A DNA stretch of 63,167 nt, counting the filler, from Folioceros fuciformis (taxonomy: Eukaryota), in the NCBI GenBank assembly GCA_049999805.1. It is 5 parts of 4 records of this genome, joined end to end, with 100 filler letters (N's around TTAATTAATTAA, not from the genome) between each part and the next. Parts side by side here need not be neighbours in the genome. Positions count along the whole stretch, not along the records: positions 32,149 to 55,534 come from JBNGIO010005873.1; positions 55,635 to 60,862 come from JBNGIO010005885.1; positions 60,963 to 63,167 come from JBNGIO010005887.1; 2 more parts are not named here. The stretch is one strand, 5' to 3'. This document shows, piece by piece, positions 51,396 to 63,167 of this stretch (position 1 is its first letter; every line of letters starts with the position of its first letter). Position numbers and translations under genes: made by a program. Below the pieces are notes generated by a model. The model saw only the letters and a list, made by a program, of their open reading frames with translations, searched no databases and had not been told where the DNA came from.

Positions 51396-54249
51396 CTCCC
51401 GCACCCTTCGCTCTTGCTTTGGGTTGCTGACAGCACTGGACGGAGGAGCCGAATGAAATTTCATATGTTCCCGGACGATGTGTCTCTGAGGTGTCCAATT
51501 TGTCTTCTCCTCGCATTGGCTGCCCAATGCTACAGTAGTTGGATACGAGATACAGGCTTTGAGCCGTTGTGATACAGCTTAGTCACACTTTCTGGCTACT
51601 AACTTTTTCTGACAATGAAGCTTGTCCTCCTATAGGAAGGAGACGACATTCTCGGGATACTTTGAAGGTGGTCAGTCCCGAGATTTACGTCATTGAAGTC
51701 CATGGCTGACACTTTTTTCCATACGGCTCGCAGAGCCGTGTAGGCATGGTGGACAATTGGAGGGGATGGATGAGGGACAAGTTCACATGACTGGGCTGTA
51801 TGCAAAACAAAACTGGCTGGACAATGGAAATGGGTCCCTAAGAAGGTTAAGGCAGCTGGCGCACTGGGGCTGGGTTTGGGGGTTCACCATTGGCTCTCGA
51901 TTTGGTTCAGTAGCTTTCCCTGAGTAAGGGATTCCTGGCACATCGCACTCCATTCACACCAAGACAGCTGCACCTGGCTTTCTGGCCCCGACAGACCAGA
52001 ATGGGTGGGATAGAAGATGGACAACCTAGCTGGACTTAGTGGTGAACGAACGACCAATGTTATGACCTGGGCGGCTTCCCCTGCAGGTAATGAAGCAGGA
52101 CGCCCTTGATCTCTACCCAGCTATGCAGGAGACGAAGGCCTGGCTGCACAGGATTCTCTGCCGTTCGTCTGCCTCCTACATGCATGTGCAAGTGCGGGCA
52201 CCTACTTTTTGGGGAAGGGGAAAGAGAGTCATGCACAAATCAGAGAACGAGGGCCCCAAGCTGATGTATTTGCAGCCAGCAGTTTGTTGAACATTCACGC
52301 AAAGTAAGGCAGGCCAGAGGACGCTGGGGTCTGATAGACAGGCTTGATCAGAAGACTGTGGAAACGTCGTATGCCATGGTGGCAGGATACCCTCATCAGC
52401 AGGGCACGGAGTAGGAAGCCTGCGTCTTTTGAGGTCTAAGCAAGATGAAGCCACCCAATCCCAATTAACGTTTCTATTCATCCTGCACCCATGTGCAACT
52501 GTGGCAACTTTGTAGCCAAGAAGCCAGTTTCATGAACGAATGAACGAACAGCGGTTTGCGCTTGTAGCCCGCAGCTTGCTAGCCATGCACGGGAAATCGT
52601 GAAGCACGGCATGTGTTTGAATACACGTAGCCGCATGGAGACCACCGACTGCAGGCCACATCCATCCAGGTGGCAGCGAGGAGGTGTTTAAAATATTGCA
52701 TTAAAAAAACCGGTGGCAGCCAGGCCAGAGGTAGAGGACAGACATGGACGGTGTGGTGCGTACGTTGTTGGCCGCAGATCTCAGAAGCATTCCAAGAACG
52801 CCGTCGCTTGAACAATAACGGATGTGCCACATCAACGCCAAAGCACGACCCTAGGGTGGACAACCACGTAGNNNNNNNNNNNNNNNNNNNNNNNNNNNNN
52901 NNNNNNNNNNNNNNNNNNNNNNNNNNNNNNNNNNNNNNNNNNNNNNNNNNNNNNNNNNNNNNNNNNNNNNNACTCGCGTGCCGCGGTGTCGGCCATCCCG
53001 TCCTGGAGGTCCTCCAAGGTGCTCCTCCAAAGATCTCTCCCGCAGCGGGTGGAACTTGCACAGAATTTCCCTTGCTCACGCTATGGCTTACCACATGCGA
53101 TCCTCCAGTCGCAGTCCAGGTCCCCAAGGATTTGTTCCCGGGCAGGAGTGGCAGGCTAGCGCAGCTCAGTCGTGATTTCTCTGTCGACATGGATCTTGTA
53201 GTACAGTAGCTTCCACTACCATTTTATCAACGCCTTGCCAGCGATGCCGGATGGCCGTTTTGGAGACAGGCGAGGGCCTCGAATCCATGAACTTCCTTGT
53301 CGATCAATCCTGGTACGCCACGGATTGGGCCTGGGAGTGCANNNNNNNNNNNNNNNNNNNNNNNNNNNNNNNNNNNNNNNNNNNNNNNNNNNNNNNNNNN
53401 NNNNNNNNNNNNNNNNNNNNNNNNNNNNNNNNNNNNNNNNNCCACCTGGATGTCCATCTGTTATCAGTTAAGTTGTTTTTTTTCCAAACTTGGGCCAAAA
53501 TCTATCAATGACGACCAGGAGACACGGTGGTGTCCGCAGCACAAAGACTTTTTGCCTCAAAAGGGTAGCAACTATGGCATACCAAACTGGAGAGAGAGGG
53601 TTGTGTCTGTCCGGTTTATAGAATACGATACGTATGGAATATCCATGTGGATGGGGATTACAAATTCATGTTTTTTTAATATATATTTTATAAGCAAACA
53701 TTTTGTGGCATCTAAAGAATATTCCTCTATTCTATGCAACTATACGTATAGACCGTGTAGCAAATTTTTTTAAATATCTCTAACCTCTATGTGGACCGAA
53801 AGGGACATAGTCTTTAAAGAATGTATCGGGACGATTCTTTAAAGAGCAGCACAGCTCGCCTTAGGACCCAAGCTATGGAGCATATTCCGATGGTGGGTAT
53901 GCCTTCGTTACATGGATTGTGCTCTCCTCCCTTGCTTTTCTGCCCTGCCGCCTTCCAGAACCCGAAATGCAGCGCTGGGTTGCTTCTAGAACCTCAGTTT
54001 TGCTTTGGTATGCTTGGTTTGGCTGCAAGCAACCGTGGCGTTCAGAGGTTTCGGGTTGCCAATGTGCAGAATTTAATGTCCGAGTACTTGGAAACAGGCT
54101 GACATGGAAGCGTGGTTCTACAATCCCATGGGGAGCAAGGACCAGACCACCCGACATCAATTCCGTCCCAAACGGCCGGTTTCTCCCAAGCACTTGCAAG
54201 GTGATGATTTTCCCCCTCCCGGGCAGGCTTGGATCTCAGGGATGAGATT

Positions 54250-54660
54250 TGCAATAGGAATGCCAGGGATTATGCCCAAGCTTTCGTCCTTGACGCAGTT
54301 TCGTGGCACCCATGCGCTGGGAATTCTCATCTGGAAGCTGGACACAAACACTTATCTGGACAACCTGGTGCTAGAGAGGATAAAAAAGGAGCACGGGTAC
54401 AAGCACTGGGTACGTTGGAAGTGTCAGATTCGTGTTGTGCAGCATCGGAGCTTCTAGGATCTCCTTATCTGCTCTCGGCATCGGTTTGAAAAATCAAGGG
54501 GCAGGGTAGCCAGCTCAAAGACAACCTTACGTCGCTCATGTCAAGGATGACCGATGGCGTGCCATGCGCAACATCTTCATGCCTATGTTCCACAAATCAA
54601 GTATCGTGAACTACCTGCCAGTGATGACAGAGTGCGCCGACAAGCTGTGCACCATCATAG
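54250..54660 (+). pseudogene. Possible cytochrome P450 N-terminal fragment
   Basis: DRWRAMRNIFMPMFHKSSIVNYLPVMTECADKLC fits the C-helix WxxxR...PxF pattern; the similarity ends at the fold-back element. Confidence 0.45.
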
Positions 54661-54676
54661 TAGGTGTCAGAGAAAA

Positions 54677-54946
54677 CAAAGTAGGTGTCCCAATCGGGAC
54701 ACCTACTTTGTGCCCTATGACCGAAGGGGGCACAAATGTTATGTCCATTATGTTTCCACCGTATACCGCTGCCCTAAAATTTCTATGAAAGAACCCTTGT
54801 TTGTATCGGTATTCCATAGTCAAGGTACCTTTCACACAAACTTTAGGACAGTTATATACGGTTCAAACATTTTGGACATATTAGATGTGCCTGCTTCGGT
54901 CGGTGGGCACAAAGTAGTGTCGCGATCGCGACATCTACTTTGTGCC
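54677..54946. mobile_element. ~270-bp fold-back element (MITE-like or hairpin locus)
   Basis: The left half is an imperfect reverse complement of the right half over ~125 bp, and each end is itself a palindrome. Confidence 0.6.
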
Positions 54947-55159
54947 TTTATTTTATCCCTCACGTTCAGGTCCGTCTTTCTCCACTCACACTCATTCCCT
55001 TTTTTTTTTCAGTTAGGGTTAGGGCTTGTGGCTTCAGCATCCTTCCTTCGAACCTCAACGTTCACCGTGCTGTCCGCTGTGCACACATATGTCGCCTCCA
55101 TGCACACCCCTAACCGCCTGAGTTTTTGGCACTCCAATGCAGAACCTACCCAAACCGCG

Positions 55160-55285
55160 GTGTCGATATGGAGCCCTCATTCACAGCCATGTCAATCGAG
55201 AGCCCTCACTCATGGCTGTGTCAATCGGGAGCCCTCACTCACGGTCGTATCAATCGGGAGCCCTCACGGTGGTGTCAATCGGGAC
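55160..55285. repeat. ~25-29-bp degenerate tandem repeat
   Basis: Core tcaatcgggagccctcac recurs 4-5 times. Confidence 0.75.
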
Positions 55286-55633
55286 GAATCTTAAAACACT
55301 GTGTGTATGAACCGAAATAAAGAACAAAGGATGTGTCCCTTTCGATCCACATACTAGGTAGAGTGAGAGAAAAAAATCCCTAGGTTTGACGATGTGGCTA
55401 GGTTGAGTACAGGAATATTCCCAAGATGCCACCATATATTCCTATAGAAAATACGTATTCCAAAATAAAAAATAAAATGTGTGTAGCCCCTGTCCAAATC
55501 AGTATTCCATACCAGTTTGGGCTTGAGCACGAACNNNNNNNNNNNNNNNNNNNNNNNNNNNNNNNNNNNNNNNNNNNNTTAATTAATTAANNNNNNNNNN
55601 NNNNNNNNNNNNNNNNNNNNNNNNNNNNNNNNN

Positions 55634-58600
55634 NTCTGTGCTTGATAAAGCCACAGTGGGCTGTTTCTTACTAGACCAACAGATTGGTCCTCCAGCTAAC
55701 ATGACTACATAACCTGAGACTGACTTCCTTGTGTCTATGTCTCCGGCATAATCAGAATCTGTGAAGACATCAAGATGTAAGGGTACTCCAGGTATGTTTC
55801 TGTAATTTATACCAATACTGTGAGTTCCCTTTAAGTATCTGAAAACTCTTTTAACACCTGTCCAGTGTGTTTGTCCTGGGTTTTCCAGATACTGTGATAA
55901 GACACTAGTAGCATAGGCTACTTCCGGCCTAGTTGTGTTTGCTGCATATATGAGTTTCCCAACTGCTTGTCTGTAAGGGACTAAACTCATTTTGCCCTTT
56001 TCTAATTGTATATCAGGACACATGGACTTACTCATTTTCAGTCCACAAGGTAAAGGGGTTGCAGAAGGTTTAGCATCCTTCAATCCAAGTTGCTCAGCAC
56101 TATTGAGAAGGTAACGTGGCTGCGTAAGTGAGATTGTTCTCTTCTTTCTGTCACGTTGAATAAGAATACCAAGGCAGCTCTGTAAGGCTCCTAGATGTGT
56201 CATCTCAAACTTGGTTGACAACATTTTATTAATGTCTTTGATGAAGGTGGGACTGTTACAAGCCAATGTAAGGTCATCAACATATACTGCCAGGTAACAC
56301 ACTACTTCATTTGCCCTGTACACATATAAGCTTCCATCTGAAACACATCTAACAAAACTCAAAGCTCGCAGCTCTTCGTCCAGGACAGCATTCCATTCAA
56401 GAGCTGATTGTTTCAGTCCATACAGGGTTTTAATTAAGCGTAAGACATGGTCTTCTTTCCCTTTAACCTCGTATCCTAGTGGCTGTTGCATATAAATCTC
56501 AGTATCCAGCTTTCCATGTAAGAAAGCTGTCTTTACATCAAACATATCCAGCTCATAGTCATTGTGTGCTGCCAATGCACAGATGGTGCGAAAAGTGGCC
56601 AGCTTAACAACAGGAGCATATGTTTCAAGGTAATCGAGGCCTGGTACTTGAGAAAAGCCTCTGGCAACAAGCCTGGCTTTATAACGATCAAAGGTACCAT
56701 CAGCCTTAACCTTTAATTTGAACACCCATTTGCAAGATACTGGCTTGCGTCCAGGAGGTAGTCTTGCTAATTCCCATGTTCCATTTTTGATGAGGGAATC
56801 GTATTCAGATTGAATGGCCTTCTTCCATTCAGCAGCATCAGGACGTCTCAAAGCTTCTTCATAAGATTGAGGCTCCATAGGATCAAGGTCAACTGCATGT
56901 GCAGAAGGTTTCCTAAAGTCTTGTGATTCATAAAAGTCTGGTGCACGTCTGTCCCGTGTAGAATAACGGCGTACAGGGAGAGGAGGTGGCTCGTCAATAG
57001 GAGCGGGAACATCCTCAAGGTTACTATCAACAAGAACAGCAGGATCAGGATCAGCAACAACATGAGGAGGTTGGTCCTGAAGATCAGATTCAGCATCTGC
57101 AACTGGTTGCTGGTTGTCCTCATTATCACTTTGCTGGTGGTCTTCCCCCCCTGCAGGAGCAAACTCCTCATGAGGGTGATCAGGGAAAACCGTGATTTGA
57201 GGAAGAGCAGCTAGATCAAAATCGTCTGAAGAGGTGGGAGGAGCTCCCACCGGCTGCCAAACTTGTTGTTCATCAAAAGTAACACTGCGAGCATAAACTA
57301 CAGTGTTCTCAGGTACATCATATAACTTGTATGCTTTAATACCTTCAGTGTAGCCTATCATAAGGTATTTCTTGGCTTTAGCAGCTAACTTAGCACGTTT
57401 CTTCTTAGGTATGAAGGCATAAGCTATGCATCCAAAGGTTCTAAGGTGTAAGATAGCTGGTTTTCTACTGAAGAAGGCTTCATAGGGAGTTTGTCCAGCA
57501 AGTGCATTAGTGGGCAGCCTGTTATGCAGGTACACTGCTGTCATAAGGGCTTCAGCCCAATAGGAAAGAGGCAGAGAAGCTTGATGAAGCATAGAAGAAG
57601 TCATTTCCTGCAAAACAACATTCAAATGTTCTGCCACACCATTTTGCTGTGGTGTATATACAACTGTAAGTTGCCTTCCTATTCCCTCGGCAGTACAAAA
57701 AGATTGAAATTCACCAGAAGTGAATTCACCTCCATTGTCTGATCTGAGGGTTTTTAACTGCTTGCCAGTCCAGCGCTCTGTGTACTTCATGTAATCTTTG
57801 AATAGAGAAAAGCATTCACTTTTAGCTTTGAGAATATAAGCCATGACAAACCTTGTCTTGTCATCTGTGAATGTCAGGAAGTACTTGCCGCCACCAATTG
57901 AAGGCTGTGAGAGAGGTCCACAGATATCTGTGTGAACCAGCTCAAGAACCTTTGAAGCCCTGTAGGGAGCCTTATTCTTGAAAACTACCTGGTGACGTTT
58001 GGATAAGACGCAGGCTTCACATAGAGGTAGGGTCGGCAGTGTGCCAATTTTGCCATCAGCATACAGGTCACTGGTTGCAAGTTTCTGTAACTTAGCACTA
58101 TGTGGGTGACCTAGGCGAGCATGCCACAGCTTAGCTTTATCTTCTGACTTACTAGAAGACTCTGTAGACTTAGCAGCTAAGTGTGTTTTTGCCGTATGGC
58201 TGTCTGTTTGCAGACGAAAGAGGTCATGTGAAGATGACCCATAAGCTAGGATCTTACGATGGTCAAAGGCATCAATGATCCTACACTCTGTAGGAGTAAA
58301 CAAGATGTGAGTATGATTATCCATGTTAAGTTTCCTAACAGAGATGAGATTCCTAGTCATTTCTGGAACATAGTACACATCTTTCAGTATGAGTGTTATT
58401 CCTGAAGGGACTGGAATCTCTACAGTGCCTCGTCCTGGAGACACAAGTGATTTGTCATCACCTAAGTAGACAAACTGATTGTCTACGAGCTTGTAAGTGA
58501 CAAAAGCATTTTTGTCAAAACATATGTGCGCTGTGGCACCTGTGTCAAGGTACCACTCACTTACTGGTTTACCTTGTGTGTTTGCAGATAAGCAGGTGGG

Positions 58601-59590
58601 GTTAACAAGAGGATATGCAAACTTCCTAATCCCTACTGTAAGGGCAGAAGTTGAGCCTTGCTTTTTCACCACTACGTTTGTCTCTGAAGTGGAGTTGCCC
58701 TCCTTGCGAGGTACTCCGGCCTGTTTCTTTCGACATTCGTTTTCCCAATGTCCTGGAATCTGGCACCAGTGGCATTTTCCAGATTTATTGGGTTTCTTCT
58801 GTGCTGTCCCTCGCCGTGAGGAACTAGCACCTTGAAAGGTATTTGGTTTACCTTTAAAGTTGGGTCTTGCACCCTTGTTTTTATTTGTGGTGTAAAGAGC
58901 CTGCTGCTTACCAGCACGCCTGTTCTGTCCTCTTGTAGCCTCTTCCTGGAGAAGAGCTCCCACTAACTCAGAAAATGTTGTGTGTGGTATTGTGACACCT
59001 GCAGCCTTAGCGATCTTTGAAGCCTGTAGCTGAGAAGCATTGTAAGATGTCACAAAGTGTGACCATGAGTCAGGCAGAGACATCATAAAATACAGGGTAA
59101 GGAGCTCATCAGTCAGAGCCTCCTGTGAAGCACTTTCCAGCTTAGAAATAAGGGATCTAAAGTGCCCAACATGTTTTTCAACTGTCTCTCCTTCTCTCAT
59201 TCTACAATTTTGTATGTTGCGAAGGGCTGTCATTTGACTTGTGGTATTGACGCCTGCGTACAGTTCGTGCAATCTGGTCCAAATCTCAAGAGATGTATTA
59301 CAGCCAGAAGTTTGTCGCAGCATATCAGAGGTTAGTCCACTCCTCAACAAGTGTTGTGCAGCTTCATCCTTCGCATACCAAGCTTCCTGTAATTTCTTTT
59401 CAGAAGCAGAGGGAGTGGCCTCATCAGAGGCATCAAGTACAGGACGTGTCTCGTCTCCTGTTACTATTCGCCACAACCTCTTGCTTTGTAAGGCTCCTTT
59501 CATACGCATGACCCAGATGTCATAATCAGTTCCCCCGAATCTATCTTTCTCAGTAAAAATAACACCACCAGCTCCAGTGGTGTCAGCCAT
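55634..59590 (-). CDS. Copia gag-pol polyprotein, 3' end truncated by gap
   Basis: More than 1300 codons without a stop. Zinc knuckle CHWCQIPGHWENEC, protease YLDTGAT, integrase WHARLGH/LRSDNGGEF, RT YKARLVARGF/YVDD, RNase H TDSDYAG. Confidence 0.96.
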
Positions 59591-59744
59591 TTGTTAGAAT
59601 GTGGTAATTCTATCCTGACTGTTAGGAAGAATGGCTATGTAAAGACTTGTAACCTATCCAGACAAGGTACAAATTGAAGAGAAAGACAAGGGAAGGGTAA
59701 GATGCTACTGTTGCATCTTAGATAGACTGCAAGAGCAGTCCTGT

Positions 59745-60452
59745 CTACAAAGGATGAGCAAACCTACCAACTTGAGGTAAATTGGCTTGTTGATTTGCTA
59801 ATCTATTTTCTATCCTTTGATGTCTAATCTCGAACCTGTTAAATGCATAAACAGAGCATGAAGGACAGGAATTTGGGGCATCAAAAGTATGTTGCTTATA
59901 TTTCTTGTCAGCACGTTTGCAGGCAACACCTCTGTGTGCTGGATTTGTTAGCAAAACGGGCTTGAGCAAGGTAAGCAACTTGAAGTCCAAATGTCCTATT
60001 CGTTCCTTCAATTCTTGCAAGTCAACACTGACTTCAGCTATCTTGTGACGAATGCTCTGGAAACGCTCATCAACATGCTTTTGATGTGTTTCTATTCTTG
60101 CATTTAATTGTGATACACTAACATGTTGTGATGTGTGTGTTGTCAGGAAACCCCTAGGGTTACCGTTTACAGCAAGTGGAAGATTGTCTTGGTTTCTGGG
60201 TGGTGGAGCAAGCAGCAGATGACGCTGATGTGGGAAGATTGCTTCAATCAGATTATTGAAGGAATCCCTCACAATCTGTGAGTGTTCAGGCTGGTCTTGT
60301 GTTTGAAGGATCCAATCCAGGGTTTGATGGTAAAGTGATTCTGCGAACATCAGCCTGCCCTCTTGGATTTGTTGTCCTCTGTGAGCATTCCTCTGTTGGA
60401 TGCGCTCAGCAGGGCGTTGTCGCCATCGCTGCCCGTCCACCAGGTTGGCCAT
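59745..60452 (-). CDS. Extra 235-aa ORF between PBS and gag of Copia element 2 (coiled-coil-like, CPSC motif)
   Basis: ATG-initiated open frame on the gag strand, ending 154 nt before the gag ATG. It has a heptad-like segment and similarity to the disrupted ORF at the same position in element 1. Confidence 0.7.
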   Translation of the reverse strand: MANLVDGQRWRQRPAERIQQRNAHRGQQIQEGRLMFAESLYHQTLDWILQTQDQPEHSQIVRDSFNNLIEAIFPHQRHLLLAPPPRNQDNLPLAVNGNPRGFLTTHTSQHVSVSQLNARIETHQKHVDERFQSIRHKIAEVSVDLQELKERIGHLDFKLLTLLKPVLLTNPAHRGVACKRADKKYKQHTFDAPNSCPSCSVYAFNRFEIRHQRIENRLANQQANLPQVGRFAHPL

Positions 60453-60803
60453 TCATGTGGCCAGCCTTTTTGTATTTTGTTATTTTTCAAGAAACATGTG
60501 TAGCTTTGTAAATAATTCTATAATAAAATATTTGCCAATTCTGGCAGTTGTTCTAGCGTGCCTAGTGCCAGATTGCAGAAGTGCAATCTGACAATGGATG
60601 CACTAGAACAGCCTCCTAGAAATGCAAATCTTTTGAAATATAAATCAAAAAAAGCTATAAACTCATTTCTTGAAATTTGTTTTAAAGGTTTCTTTACAAG
60701 AAAACAACAATCAAAACATATAAACAAAATACATTGTCCCGCACATCAGAATGTGCAGATTTTAATGTGCATTCTCACAAAATGCAATCTACACCTAAAC
60801 ATG

Positions 60804-60815
60804 GCTCTGATACCA
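60804..60815 (-). promoter_or_regulatory. Primer-binding site (tRNA-iMet) of Copia element 2
   Basis: Minus strand reads ...GTCA|TGGTATCAGAGC. Confidence 0.9.
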
Positions 60816-61384
60816 TGACAAATATTGGATTGGATTGGTGTAGACCAATTGCTATATTAAACNNNNNNNNNNNNNNNNNNNNNNNNNNNNNNNNNNNNNN
60901 NNNNNNTTAATTAATTAANNNNNNNNNNNNNNNNNNNNNNNNNNNNNNNNNNNNNNNNNNNNCCGAAGCCGCCCTGCAAGAATCGGAAACGAAGGATGTT
61001 CAGATCTACATACGCACAAACAATTCCATGTGATTGCAGTGTGCAGGCGAGCAGTACTTCGTCTTCGTATGCATTTGGTGATGTGGTCAGTTATGCCTTA
61101 AATCGCCATCTTGACAAGTGAGCAAAACGGTTTTCAAGAAGTATGTAATCAGCTGCGACTTTTGTGTTTGACTGCGTTTTTTGGCATAGTTTAAAATCCT
61201 AGCTTCCTTGTGTGTAAGAGTGCTATGGAGAGCCATACGGCCATGGAAAAGGCTTTTCAAGGTTCAGTGCAAAGGTCTATCGTGGACATGGAAAATGGGG
61301 TTCTTCCTCTTTTTTTTTGTGATGCCTTCTCTTGGTATTCATTGATTGCAGAGAGTATTTTCCAACACTTATTCATTGATTGCA

Positions 61385-61758
61385 ATCAGTATTAGCCAAT
61401 GCAATCATTGCAAAGTTGATTGCAAACAATATTAGCCAATGCAATCATTGCGAAGTTGATTGCAAACAATATTAGTCAATGCAATCATTGCTTGTGAAGA
61501 GTATTAACCAATGCAATCATGCAATGCTTTGCTGAGAGTATTAGCCAATGCAATCATTGCTTTGCTGAGAGTATTAGCCAATGCAATCATTGCTTTGCTG
61601 AGAGTATTAGCCAATGCAATCGTTGCTTTGCTGAGAGTATTGCCAATGCAATCATTGCTTCATAGAGAGTATTGGCCAATGCAATCATTGTTTTGCAGAG
61701 TGTTGGGCAATGCAATCATTGCTTCCCAAAGAGTATTGGCCAATGCAATCATTGCTTC
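61385..61758. repeat. ~33-40-bp tandem repeat, about 10 copies, running into a gap
   Basis: Core gagtattagccaatgcaatcattgctttgctga. Confidence 0.92.
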
Positions 61759-62949
61759 NNNNNNNNNNNNNNNNNNNNNNNNNNNNNNNNNNNNNNNNNN
61801 NNNNNNNNNNNNNNNNNNNNNNNNNNNNNNNNNNNNNNNNNNNNNNNNNNNNNNNNNNCTTGCAAGCTTGTAAACAACCATCGAGTATAGTTGATGTTTA
61901 AGTTTGCATCGTTTAAAAAAAATCATCACATGTCTTTGAAGAACTTCTACCCAAGGTGAAGACTTTATTGTATCATGTAACAGACACAAATGTCAATAAT
62001 GCAACTTCTTGGGCATCAATAGTAGGTAGACTTTTTGTTATTTTGGAATGATTCATGCAAGTCAATTGACTTCTTTGGCACCAATCCAACCTTGGCAAAT
62101 AATCTTTACTTGGGGATTTAAAAACAATTATTCCTCTAAACAATTTATACTTCAAAACCGTGTCAAATAGATCCTTATAGTCTAAACTTGGAGGCCTAAA
62201 GACATTTTTACTTAAAAAGAAGGAATTATTTTTTCTTCTTCAAAAAAACCAAAAAAATAAATTACTCCCAAAACATGCACGTGGAATATTTTAAAGTAAG
62301 AGGAACATGAAAATAGCTTGCAAGCTTGTAAACAACCATCGAGTATAGTTGATGTTTAAGTTTCCATCGTTTAAAAATGAAAATCATCACATGTCTTTGA
62401 AGAACTTCTACCAAAGGTGAAGACTTTATTGTATCATGTGACACACAGATAAAGTAATTCTTCACAACGTTTACATTTTCCACCCCTATATTGTGGTAGG
62501 GATGACATTGGTACTTCTTCTTCAACCTTGTTTGCAAGCTTTTCAACGTGAGGGAATAGTGAATACCACACTAACCCTTCAATAAGGACAAAACCCTAAA
62601 CCCTTGATATCTTCCTTTTTCATAGCACTTTCTACTTCTCCATGTCTACCAGAAAATTTGAAGCCATTTATTCCTCTTCTTCCATTTACCTACCCAACCA
62701 TAGCTGGCTAAATATCATACCAGGACTACCATCCAGTGGTAGTCCTTTGTGAAAGAAACGAGCTTTCTCACATGGCAATTTGTCACACTTCTCTCTTTTT
62801 TTCTTTAATCAGTGTATAGTGCATATGAGTATTGTAGCTATGTCAAAGCACCAAAGCTTCTTCTATGGGTAGAAAGCATGCACACCATTCATCTTAACAT
62901 AGGACCAAAGCACATGCTGAAAATGGGAAGCATGCAAACCGTTCATTCA

Positions 62950-63085
62950 AGGAGAGACTAGTGATTGCTACACCTTCAATTTCATAGAACACCACTTATT
63001 TGAGGAGATGCTAGTGATTGCTACAACTTCAATTTCATAGAACGCCAGTCATTCGAGGAGATACTACTAATTGCTATAACTTCAA
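62950..63085. repeat. ~53-bp tandem repeat, about 2.5 copies
   Basis: Unit ctagtgattgctaca(c/a)cttcaatttcatagaac...gaggagat. Confidence 0.75.
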
Positions 63086-63167
63086 TGCAATGGAACATGG
63101 AGACACCAACTTGTTCCCTTTGTTAGGATTTTGGTAAAGCGGAGCTTAGAAAATCACATGATTAGCA

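Larger units (their letters stand above)
55634..60862 (-). mobile_element. Ty1/Copia LTR retrotransposon (element 2); both ends run into gaps
   Basis: Uninterrupted gag-pol ORF, PBS at 60804-60815, and inner LTR end (CA) at 60816-60817. Confidence 0.95.

Noticed and set aside
52579-53500. ORFs spanning the two 100-N gaps
   Set aside because: Lengths are inflated by Ns and no motif is recognisable.
61859-62450. ~130-bp direct duplication (61859-61990 versus 62318-62450)
   Set aside because: Adjacent to a gap in repetitive DNA; it could be a real repeat or an assembly overlap, and it carries no functional signal.

Overview
Gene-dense land-plant nuclear DNA with short (~70-130 nt) GT-AG introns and scaffold gaps. 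A hornwort- or lycophyte-like genome is my inference. Recognisable host genes: peroxisomal MFP/AIM1, an F-box gene, a FAMA/SMF-type bHLH, NADPH-thioredoxin reductase, a membrane protein, a divergent AP2-domain gene, plastocyanin, OXA1, uroporphyrinogen decarboxylase and a GH3 acyl-amido synthetase. The 10-31 kb interval is rearranged: a cytochrome P450/F-box cassette is duplicated, inverted and scrambled among minisatellites and a decayed Ty1/Copia element. A related Copia element with an uninterrupted gag-pol ORF lies at 55.6-60.9 kb. The most notable signal is that both Copia elements carry an extra sense-strand ORF between the tRNA-iMet primer-binding site and gag. The two ORFs align without gaps over a coiled-coil-like segment, suggesting a Copia lineage with a conserved accessory 5' gene.
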